Below are positions 40,001 to 50,709 of a stretch of DNA of 64,000 nucleotides, in pieces. This stretch comes from Balanoglossus misakiensis (taxonomy: Eukaryota > Animalia > Hemichordata), in NCBI GenBank assembly GCA_040954595.2, contig CM082579.2:10095625-10159624 (forward strand), written 5' to 3'. Position numbers and translations under genes: made by a program. The first letter of the stretch is position 1. Each line of letters starts with the position of its first letter. The notes under the pieces were generated by a model. The model saw only the letters and a program-made list of their open reading frames with translations, was not told the DNA's origin and did no database searches.

Positions 40001-43000
40001 ACTCACCCTGTAACGAATAATACCTTCCATCAACGTACTTCCCCACTTACTCATTTCGTCTGAAAAAGACAAAAAGGAACATTTTCAGTTATCCACTTGG
40101 ACTATACTGGTCTTTCCTGATAGACCATTTTCCGAACTCCACAAGACCCTGTGAGATCTCTCGCGCGGATAGGCAGTTTATGTGGTGGGACATTCTCATG
40201 TGACACAGGACAAACAGTGCATGGTCCATCATGTTAAACGACACAAAAGTTACTCTGCAACTTTTCTAGTTTCATACAAAGCTTGACAGGTATAACTTGG
40301 CTAACAACCCATCGCTATGGTAATTAACCAAGTATTGTGAGATTTCGAAGTGAGCGGAAAATCATTTATTTGGACAGCTCCCAAAACCCAAGACTGATAA
40401 AATGTGATCAGGCATTCAGAAGACAATAGCATAAAATCCAACACAATGTCTTACCATTGGTTTCAGCAGCAAATTCAAACTTTCTATTGCTTGTGAACAG
40501 GAAGAATCGGAATGGTTTATCCCCAGTCTGTGTTTCAGAAAAAACATACAAAGTGAGCTCATTCAATTGAGAACTCAATATATGAAATATTAGGTATGTT
40601 ATTCTGAAACAATTTATTTACCATTATTACATTATTCAAAACAAGAAACAGCACCTCTGTGAGTAAAACTACAAAGCAAAGTATAAAATACCATCATCAA
40701 AATAATTATGTTTTGGAATAGACGTAACAGAAGTACTTGTTTGTTAAACCAATCAAATTCTATTAAAATTGATAAGTTTTAAGGCAGATCCTAGCAATGT
40801 AATAAATTTGGTTTCAATAAACAGACTGGTATCAGAGAGTACTGAATTGTGTCTCAGATGTCAACTAACACAGACTTGGAGGTTCCTGATTCGAACTCAG
40901 TCTCAACTGACATGTAACATACATTCTAGATCAAGAGTATTGAAATCATTGAGGTTATACTGGAAAATAAATCAAACATGCGCTCAATCTGAATAAAAAG
41001 TGGTCTCAACATTGGCTTTATTCCACTCAGTGATCAACTTTCATTTTGTAAAATGTACTGTGTGTGTATGAGCTTTGTTACATATCTAACATGATGCCTT
41101 GGATCAGGAAGTTCAGTTTCAGACTTGTGAATGTTATGCACTGAGGAAACATTTCACAAAATAAGTAGCAAAGAAAACCTGTCACAGGTTTGATGAAATG
41201 AGATGATGCTTGACGACATCAAAGCATAAGACAATCACAGTTCCAAATGAAACTTTAGTTGAACAAATGCAGGGCAATTTCAAAGCCTGACATGTTACAC
41301 ACACACTGATTTTCATGGGATAAAAAAAGTAAATTTTCAAGTGATCAGACTGCAGAGTGTAGAAGGTATCTGGGAAAATTTTACGAGGCAACACATTTTC
41401 CTCAAGATGGAAAGTGATACAGTTACAGACAAAAGCGCCAAGACGCTAACCGTAACAATGAAAGAGAAGCCTGTATGCAGAAAATAAACATACCAGAGGA
41501 TGAAGAAAGGAATATGGATTTAGGGCTTCTTCAAGATAGGACAGATTTCCCTAGAAAGGTACCACAGTGAAGAAAAGCATGAAAAGAGCAAAAAGAGTAG
41601 TTTTTAATTAGCAGCAGTCAAATTGGCATAGCTTTGAACATGATTTAGAAAAAAAATATGATTTTTTAAAGTAAAATAGACATAATACATTATGTTGACA
41701 TAAGGTATATATCTACAAAACTAAAAGACAAACATTTTTCAGCAAGTACAGAAAAAATGTTTGTGGAAAACAAAAGAGATATGATAAACAAGTTGGATGA
41801 GATCAGTGTATCAGTGTCACTGTTATTTTAGCAGACGACTGTTTTATTTTCAGTATTTCCTCAGTATTAAGCAACCACAGCAGAAAAATGAGAAAACAAC
41901 AAGCAAACTGTGAAGTTCATGGACAGAGCATGACTTGTGTGTGATAACACTGACATGTTTAGTTGGCACTCTTTTCCTGTATAAGAAATTCTATCATCCC
42001 TAGTGAACAATGCCTGAAACCTTAGACAGTGTATACGGCAATCAATACGTGGAACAGAAAACCAACGTTAACAAAAGTCATCTTACAATGAGGAAAAAGT
42101 ATTACTTACTTTAACTGAAATTTCCACATTGCGCATACATCCAACTGGAATTATTCTCTTTGAGACTTTGTCCTAAAATAATGACGATGCAAAAATAAAT
42201 TGAAGATTTAAAAATTTTAATTAATATGTCAGATGGATGCATCGTACACAAACTAATGTAATCTACATACCCCTTTGTTGCCATAGTATCTCAGATCTTT
42301 TCCATTGTAAACAACCCATCTCTTCCTCCATCCTCGATTCCTCTGTTTTCTGTCAAGAAAATTCCAAAATAAATTGAGTTTCATGACGACAAGCAATGAC
42401 TTATGTTTCTTTCGAAATTAGGGTGTGGAAAACATGACAACATACATACAGTAAGGTAACCTCAAAAAGCCTCATAGAGCTCTTATGAAATTCCTACACA
42501 AATCTACTAATCTCACTGAAAAAATCTTTTTATTGGATTTGGATTGAAATCTACTATACCGCATTTGTATCTAGTAGCTGAATGTTTATATTTACATAGT
42601 ATACTCTAATGTCACAGCTTCTGAGTTACAAGTTTTCAAACTTTTTGGCATAAGTCTAGAAAGTGTGTATTCTGGTGATGATCAAGATTCTCCATGAGAA
42701 AATTAGAAATCTTACCCTCCCTGTTTGAATAGGTATCCCTCTTTTTGTGTTGGTCGTTCCTGTACAGAAAACATGAAAAATTTAAAATGCGGGAATTTTC
42801 AGAGAATGGATCACATTGCAATTTTTGCAAGTGATGTATTATTAAACAACAGAATATAAGACAGCTGGCCATTTGATTCATTGCATTCACTTCCGTAAAT
42901 CTTGCCAGTTTTGAAACTACAGTGAATTTCTTCTTGGGTAACCATTTTCTTAGTTACAACAGTCGTTTTCTTGCTCAACACAATAACAATTGTTCGGATG

Positions 43001-46000
43001 ATAACTTCTCAACTTCTTAAATTATGTGTAAGAAAAACTAGGGCCTTCGATAAAAATGTTTTTATGCGATCAGAAAATGCTGAATTTCAAATATGATAAG
43101 AAATACAATGCACTCTAACCAAGCATTTGCAAAGTTAGGCAGAACTATTCTTGTCTCCTAGCTTTATTCCCTGCATAAAGTAACAATACAAGGTTTTTGT
43201 GTCTGTGTTAATTTTATCAAAGCTGCCAGATAGAACACAAAATTCAGTTTCCTTGTGTGCAAACCAGTCATGACATTTGTGTTTACTTTGACACTCCAGT
43301 CAATAATCGGTGCAATGCATTGTATTTCCTTGATCAATGCCCCAGTGCCATACACCAACATTTTAGGTGTCTCGCCACTAAAAATGATACATTAAATAGG
43401 TACATGAACCATAAATGTACTTACACTTGGAGTATACACACTTGTTGTTGACATCCTTTTCATTTCATTTATCTGAAGAAAAAAATGTCCAAAACACTTA
43501 TCAATATATCCAAAGTGCAGCAGGTTTTAAAATCTTCACCTGGCCTACACTCAGCACTGTTTCAATCACATTTATTTATGTCTTCAAATCAGTATTATTT
43601 CCTGCACATGGCCCCCAACAAAATAACTCTTGGATTTGTTGTACTTACAACATCGTCAATGACAATCTCTATCGCCAAGTATCTTGCATCAAGCATGCAT
43701 GTACCAGTACACATGTTCACGATATTTTACATGCTATTTTGGCATTCTTCTGAGGCAAACATAAAATCTTCACTGACTTACGACAGGTGACCATACCAGG
43801 AAGTGACTGAGCTAGGGGTGTGTGTGTGTGTGTGTGTTTGTGCACAACAAATATACAGGTCACATGGTCACCAGTTCATGAGTCATTCACATGACATGTA
43901 CCTGCAAACATGGCAGTAAGATACAATGTACATTGTACACTGCCCTCTTGGAACATTTGATGTAGCACTACATGTTACTTGTTAAAAGCCACATTTCTCA
44001 TTGATGACATAATGGAAACTTTACTTAAAGGGGAAATACGGTCCAGCTGATTTCTACATACATTGGTAGTTTTGAGGTCACTCTTTCAGAAAAAAAACAT
44101 ATTCGTCATGTATAAGTCGCCAGATTAATATACCCAGTGTGAATCAATCACTGTAAATGATTTATGACAGGAGCGTTGAATTTTGATCATTAGTTGACTT
44201 ACCCGGACATTTGGTTTTTGTAATTCATCATAAACCATCGTCTCATCGCTGGTGTCACTGACATCGCTGTCGTATCCTCTCATAGAGTCACCAGCTTCCT
44301 CGCTCTCATCTTTCAGTGGCTCTAAGGATGACCAGTTGGAACAAGTGGAATCCCTAGGGCTTTCTGGCGTCAGATGCGGTAGCACTGCCGGCGGTCGAGC
44401 GGGCAAGTCCGGCACGGTCGGAGGCAGCACTGGTTTGGGTTGAGCCCTGACGGGCAAGGGCGGCACTTGGGGGGCCGGTCGGTGAGGCGGGCGCGCGTGT
44501 GCGTCCGGCTCTGTCAACTCGGAGTCCACTCTGGGCGGAGGCGGGGGTGCCATGCTGTCGAGGGTGTCCTCGACGCTCGGCCGGCCGAAAGTTCTAAAGC
44601 CGGGGGTCCTAACCCTGTGCGGCGCATCCTCCGTTCCGGTAGGTGGCGGCGGGGGCGGTGGGAAGTCCGGCGGCGGGCTGTGGAAGTGACCTCTCGGTGG
44701 TAAAGTGGGTCGATCATCCCCGTCGATTAAATTTGTCGTGTGGTAGGCTTCCGTGGGCGAGCCCGGTAAGATGACAGAGGGTTGCACTCTGCCGCGCGGT
44801 GAGATCTCGGGTGACAGATCAATCAGGTTAGAGACTCTTTTTCGTGCGTCAGCAAGTGCATTACTTCTTTGCCGCGGCCCATTAACCAAGACATCGTAAG
44901 CCATTTCATCGTTCCCTATATTTTTATCCGGTTTTTCCTTAATATTCTTTATTAGCTCATCATAGATGCCACCAGTCGCTTGCGTGCCAGAATACGGATC
45001 ACCAACATCGTCAATTTCTGGTAAACGCCTTGACTGTACGGGATCGAATGATGAGGACCTGTCGCCTGTGCGCCGCGGACCATCAGTGTCAGTACTGCCT
45101 TCTGCTGGTGGCTTTGCTGTTCCTGCGTCGGGTAATCTCAACTGGGGCTGCGGAGGTAAAAGGTTGGTTAGCGGGATACCTTCCATGCCTGGAATAGACC
45201 TCCTCACAGAATCTCTGTCTCTCAACGGCAGATGCATCGGCGGTCTGAGACTAATGTTCTGGGGCTGGGATAGAGAACCTACCGTCATATCGACATAGTC
45301 ATCGGAACTGCTGTTTGCGCTGTCATCTTCTCCGTCTCCTTCTTTCTGTACAGGTGTTGGGTGATCTGCAGCTTGTGGTGGGGGTAGCTCCGCGGGCATT
45401 GCAGGTGCGGAAGACAAGTTACTCGACCGTACAGGCGGGGGAGGTGGCGCTCTCGTTGGCATTCGACTGCCTGGGCTGGGGGGTGGTGGGAAATCCGGCT
45501 CTGCCACGTGTATACTCGACCTGGGAGCTGCACGCGGAGGTGGAGGGGCCGGAGCCTCTTTCCTCGGCCGCACAACACCAACGCTTTCGTTTGTTTTCGG
45601 TTCAGACGCCCGAGGGGGGAGACTGGGCTCAGGTACACCGGAAGACGCTGACCCTTGGCCAAAAGAGTCCTTGTCGCTTCCAGTGCTTTGCTGCTGGTGA
45701 TCTGACACAGGAACAGGCATTGGCGGCCTGGCGGAGATTGAGTTATCCTGTGGCTCGTTTGTTCGCGCGTCACCACTGGCGTCTCTAGGGATAGGTGGCG
45801 GCGGTCGGTCGCCCAGTCTTGGCAATGGAGGGGCGGGTGTTTGGGGTGGTAATGGTAATGGCGGCCTATCGTCTTGTCTTGGAACAGGCAGCGGTGAATG
45901 TGAAACGACTGTGTCTTCGCTGTGGTGTGGTGGCGGTGGTGGTGGAGGCAAGTCGTCGTGTTTCGGGGCGGGCGACTGGGTGCGAGAGCTCATCACAGTC

Positions 46001-46980
46001 TTCGGACTGCCGCGATGCGGTAATGGAGGCGTGCTGTCTTCTCTGGGAATGGGTGCAGGCAGGCGAACACCGAGCGGCGGAGCGACCGCGCCGACGGCGA
46101 CGATGGCGGATGACACTGGAGGCACGTCTTCGTGTCTGGGGACGGGCCGAGGGGGAAGGGAATCAGGCAGCTCCACGCCGATGCTGTCTCGCTCACCGGT
46201 TGAGAACCGGGAGTCTGTTGCCGACGAGTTCCTCTGCGGATCTCCGTGGTTAATGCGTCGCCTGGGCGGTTTCTTTGGTTTCGGTTTGCCGGCGGCGGCG
46301 GTGGGTCTCGGGGGAAGCACCGGCTTCTCGCCGTTCTCCACCGGTGGCGGTGGAGGTGGTGGTGGTAGTTTGTCCGGGACAGGTTTGCTTTGTGAGTCGA
46401 CAGTTCTGTCCGGTTTGCTCTCATCCTTGGCGACATCGAGATATTCCGGATCGTCGAACTTTGCGGCGTTCTGCGCGTCTGCTCGCTTGGGAGGCGGGGG
46501 CTGCGGCGGCGGGGCTGCTACAGTCCCCGGGGCAGTTTCAAAATACTCCCCCTCGTCAAACTCCGGATTTCTGGCGTCTCGGCCCGGCTGTTTCGGAGGC
46601 GGTTCAGGAGGAGGCGCAGACGGCAAGTCGTGGGCCAGCGAGACACCCTCACTCCGACTCCCTCCGTCAAGGACGCTGACCAGCGACTTCATCTTTCGTG
46701 GCAAATCCGGGGGAAGCTGGGGAGCCCTGTGTACGGCAGCAGGTCTCGGAATTTCAGCCGTCACATCAACTGGTGAGGAACGCTGTGGTGGCTGGGCAAC
46801 TTTCGGCAACCGCTGCAAGATCCGCGTCCGATGGCCCCTCTTGGTGATTCCTATTGTCAGCAGCAATTCTTCTGTAAGACGCTGCAGGTCTGCCAGCGAT
46901 GTAAATCCATTTTCATGTAAAAGTTCAGAGTATTGCCCCAATTGTATACTGTCCAGCCACTCCAACACAGACTCTTCCAT
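16972..46980 (-). CDS. ARAP: ARAP-family (centaurin-delta) Arf-GAP/Rho-GAP with SAM, ankyrin, RA and five PH domains; ~45 coding exons, ~2089 aa
   Basis: Phase-consistent GT-AG exon chain: 46980-44203, 43472-43425, 42759-42716, 42349-42271, 42172-42110, 40527-40455, 40059-40007, 39586-39533, 39257-39229, 38955-38907, 38559-38453, 38000-37916, 37661-37601, 37315-37262, 36774-36695, 36530-36439, 35908-35809, 33681-33610, 31981-31954, 31378-31338, 31146-31122, 30739-30572, 30153-30092, 29426-29344, 29170-29068, 28854-28819, 28625-28578, 28304-28199, 27253-27178, 26805-26733, 26576-26486, 25896-25690, 25320-25215, 24961-24877, 24616-24446, 24223-24158, 23716-23605, 23029-22917, 22527-22405, 22013-21928, 21786-21748, 21366-21303, 21119-21030, 18179-18132, 17070-16972. 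Motifs: SAM (VLEWLDSIQLGQY), PH (KEGYLFKQGG..WRKRW), ArfGAP CADC-x16-CKQC-x4-R, RhoGAP EGIYRRAG and NLAAVWGPTL, RA (YALFEV..ERPMH). The last two exons are the least certain. Confidence 0.92.
20600..20692. repeat. ~21-bp tandem repeat (~4.5 units)
   Basis: Repeated ttttgtgtgcacatcatcact-type units. Confidence 0.85.
24446..26576 (-). CDS. ARAP: ARAP RhoGAP domain exons (5 exons in this span)
   Basis: VPILVSMCIDYIAVHGISEEGIYRRAG (arginine finger present), VANALKRFFRNLPDPLL, LPPINRETLKKLIGHL, NKMVIGNLAAVWGPTL. Confidence 0.9.
27302..27355. repeat. (GAGT)n microsatellite
   Basis: Read directly from the sequence. Confidence 0.95.
27440..28087. repeat. Long (TATG)n microsatellite with TACATG and TATTATG interruptions
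   Basis: About 650 bp of TATG units inside an ARAP intron. It is the source of the spurious MYVC/HTYI ORFs. Confidence 0.97.
29765..29917. mobile_element. Kolobok-like TTAA MITE, copy 2 (internally deleted)
   Basis: Same TIRs and body as 15755-15948, missing ~40 bp after gagatcta. Confidence 0.8.
32387..33038. mobile_element. Cluster of long inverted-repeat (hairpin) elements, probably nested non-autonomous DNA elements
   Basis: Hairpins at 32387-32462, 32467-32595 and 32919-33038. A 13-bp inverted repeat ttattatacatct (32598-32610) / agatgtataataa (32906-32918) encloses a CpG-rich core. Confidence 0.75.
36439..37661 (-). CDS. ARAP: ARAP ArfGAP zinc-finger exons (4 exons in this span)
   Basis: Spliced sequence [47 protein letters not shown] has an intact CX2CX16CX2CX4R motif. 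Confidence 0.9.
37001..37180. repeat. (GACA)n / (AAAC)n simple-repeat region
   Basis: Read directly from the sequence. Confidence 0.85.
38615..38795. mobile_element. Kolobok-like TTAA MITE, copy 3 (reverse orientation, one end truncated)
   Basis: Reverse complement of the 15755-15948 body, starting ttaaaggtaatacagtcacctc. Confidence 0.8.
44203..46980 (-). CDS. ARAP: ARAP first coding exon: SAM domain plus an ~860-aa proline-rich disordered region
   Basis: The ORF track 44125-46980 reads through the CGG|GTAAGT donor at 44202. The acceptor is at 47017, 36 nt upstream of the ATG. Confidence 0.92.
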
Positions 46981-49900
46981 CTTTGATGGTTTTTTCCCCT
47001 CTTATAGGTTTCCTCTCTGGAATGAGAAACCAGTCATTAGCGATGACAGAGTGCCTGTGGGACAAGGCATATTTTGAGATCATGTCATAAATCTTCAAGG
47101 AATAGGTTGGGACCATCAACATGAAAAAATGGACTTTGAGAATTGGTGATGAAATGGTGATAAATATATATTGGGGATGTTTTCGCAGAAGGTGTGTTTT
47201 TATTGACCTTCAATGTAAAGTCTGGTCCGGGCATGCTGGTTGAAACAGTTGCAATGTAGGCTGGCATAGAACTGGTGTGGACTTTTCCATCGTTTTAAAA
47301 GTGGAAGACAGGAACTTATAATGGTGAAATACGAATTAAAATGACTCTATCAGTATGTGCAAGGGATATGCATAAAATGTATTGTGTATTTAATATCTGC
47401 CATGGGTGCAAAAAATAAACTCCAGAATCTGACATACCAGTATACTGTGTTTCACTGATCCTATCCTGGATAACGCCTAAGGTGAAGAAAGTCGCATTAC
47501 ATGGTGAATATCCGGGTCATACACTTCATTGCTTGTAACGTGACCTGTAAAAAATCAACAAAACGGTACCACGGCCAAGTTAGCATTATGAGTTTTAACT
47601 TTCTGAGGTCTAAGAGTAAATTTGTGAATAGAGAAATAACTACATGTATTATTAACCTCAACAAATTTCTCAGGCCAAAGGTCATAAGCATTATTAAAGT
47701 GTTGACTGTTAGTGTCTTGCAGTGTATGCACAGTAAGTTTACAGTAATATAGAAAATCAATATGTATACCTGAAAATGATAGAACAGCAAAGTGAAGCAG
47801 CTACCACTGTTACTCGGCAAAACAATTATGTAGGAATATTAAACTTAGCTGACAAAATATTCCAGTATGGCAATGAAGCACAGTACAGAATTTGTGTGGA
47901 AATTTTTGAACTTCAGATGTACCCTGTTACATTCCCATCTTTTTGAACTAAAACAATGTTACATATAACTGACTGAAACTTTGATACACTTTTCTACATG
48001 CAGAGTGAACTTTGGTCTCTCCACCCATAAACAAAGCAATGAGGTTGTGACTAGTCTTTTATTTTTCACTACTGTATTTCCTGGTTACTCATAAAGGACA
48101 AAAATCTGACAAGCTGTTTTTAACTGCACTAAAATGGCCTACAAAATTGGCACATCAATGGATTGAATTCTTATAAAGACTTAAGTATAATGCCTGTCCA
48201 TCTGGTCTGATCTGATTCATGATCTGAACTGACCAGTTCTGTCTGTTTGTCTGTCTGTCTGTCTGTGTCTGTCTGTCTGTCTCTCTCTATCTCTCTCTCT
48301 CGTGAATTAGTCTAGACATGTACATGTACACACACTACATGTACATGTACATGTATTGTAGTTTGTATGCATAATAATATTTGTATGCATATATCTACAT
48401 CTACAATGTACATACATGTAAAAAACAGTTTAGTTTTATATTCTTCTTTTAATAGAATAATACATGACTCTCCCTGTAAAGTTATCATTTATACTGCAAC
48501 AAGGAAGGTTTCCTGATATCTGTCAAAACTAAAATGTGAATAGCACAACCAGTCACAGTGTGACATAGAACTGTCAGCATAAGCATTTAGGAAAATCTGA
48601 TTTGAGATTATCCTTTTGAGGGTAGGGTACTACCCAGATGTTTTGCATGGTTTGTCATATTCCATACATGTACATGTAGCTGTGGATATGTAAACATTTT
48701 GAGAAAACACTGTTGCAATATTGTCATTTTCATATAATATACACAAAAGGTGCCAAAAACAAACTACTATGACATAAAGAAAACACTATGTCACTGTGCT
48801 TGGGTTTTTGGTAAAGCTGTTCAGATGTTTTCACCAAAGGAAAAATATTGCATAACATGAAGGGTGAACGAAAAGTGCTGACTCAGCATTCCCACAATAT
48901 TTTTGTCCCCAAATTCAAACATCGGATGTGAATACGGTACCCTGTTTTCTCTTTATTCTTGACATTTAAAATATATAAAGAAAATGAAAAGATCTTCAAT
49001 TTACAGGAGACCCCACCTTTAATGCTCTAGCTTGTGACTGCGTTCACATGGCAACAAGACCAAACTGAGCAGTCCATGCAGGAGTGGATGAAACTCTGAT
49101 TTATTTTTGAGGGGAATCTACAATACGTAAAATATGCCAATTTCATGGACTGTTCAGTCTGCACGGTCACCACTTTTGGTATAACATTGTACAGTACACA
49201 TTCTGTTCAAATTGAGAAGTAGAATGTTGAAAAAAAAATCATCAACTTCCTCAATAAAACTATTCATAATTGTGGGCGTTAGCCATATTGAAAAGCTGAC
49301 TGTCAATGACCACTTCAGAGATGTTTGGTACATGTATCTGGATTGTCACAACCACATGGATCAGGGTAGTCACTAGTGCATATTGTTATCACAAAAGTCA
49401 GCCTCGTGTCCAGATAAAAGTGAAACTGTGGAATCAAGTTGTCATGTTCCATTTTTATATCTAGTGTGTGGAACAGCCATTTTGTAAAACTTAAACTGAT
49501 CTGTCCAGACTCCTTACATGTATTTCACAATAATGCACAGTAATATTTTGCAAGGAAAAAAATCTTGGCCACAGGATCTACATGTACATTGTAATTAACT
49601 TGTGTTTGTGATATTTTACAAAAGGTGAAGTGAAAGTTTAAATGTAATAAAATTGACATGGGGTAAATTACATGTATGCCTGGATGTCTCTTCTTTACAT
49701 TCCATTCACCAACTTCTCTAGTAAACTGACACAAATTCTTCTCCCTACCATACTCAGCATACATATACCAGTTATAAAGTTATCTAGTTGTGAATAGTTT
49801 TGACACACCCTCAGGATCTCATTAAAGACTCTACAGTGAAAATTTCATACAAGGGATTGACACAGTTGGAACCAATTTTACTATTTTAGATGATATTGGT

Positions 49901-50403
49901 CATTATATTTAATAGTAAGTTCTTCTAGTAATTTTTTAATATTTATAACAATTTAGTTACTTAATTCAGTTAGGGTTAGGTACGCATACATGTATTACAT
50001 GTGTCAACCAGCACTAGTCCTATTTACACAAAACTATCTTGATTTCTTGAGCAAACATATCCACAATTTCACAGTTAGGACAGTGGACACTTTTGTCTCC
50101 ATAAAGAGGAGTGCTACTTGTACAATTTTGTACATATGTATTTGTTTTGAGGATTGCATACATGTAAGTCAATAGGAGAACAGAGTGGTTTAAATTTAAC
50201 CCATCACCTCTGAACCGTGACTGACTTCTACTTCCACCCTAGTCAAGAACCCCAGCTACCTGTAGAAAAAAAACCATAACAGTTCAGCATTCAACAGTGC
50301 AATCTACCGGTATTTGCTATCTATTTGAAAAAAAAAATGGTTCAATGTTACTGTACTAGAATGTGAGTATGAATTGTGTTAGTGCTGTGTTATCTATAAT
50401 TAT

Positions 50404-50709
50404 ATTATACCAGTATATTGATGGTGTAAATCACGCTATTTGATTGGTCGAGACACGACACGTGACCGTGATATATTAGCCATATACCACAGTCATATAT
50501 CATAGTCAAAGAAAATGCCTTTTTAAAATGTTTAATGCAAAGTTTCAATATACTGGCATAATATAATAGCAATAAAACACCCCAGTCATGGTATACCACT
50601 CGATTTTGACCAGTTCAACTCCATATACGCACTCGCTATCGCTCGTGCGTATATGTCGTGAACTGGTCAAAATCTCGTGGTATACCATGGCTGGGGGTGT
50701 TTTATTGCT
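50404..50709. mobile_element. Element made of a short IR-bounded segment plus a ~140-bp hairpin; same architecture as 32467-32918, mirrored
   Basis: IR attataccagtatattga (50404-50421) / tcaatatactggcataat (50545-50562). Hairpin 50568-50709 has the loop tcgctatcgctc. Confidence 0.7.

Noticed and set aside
45911-47077. 388-aa Gly-rich plus-strand ORF
   Set aside because: Antisense shadow of the Pro-rich, GC-rich ARAP exon.
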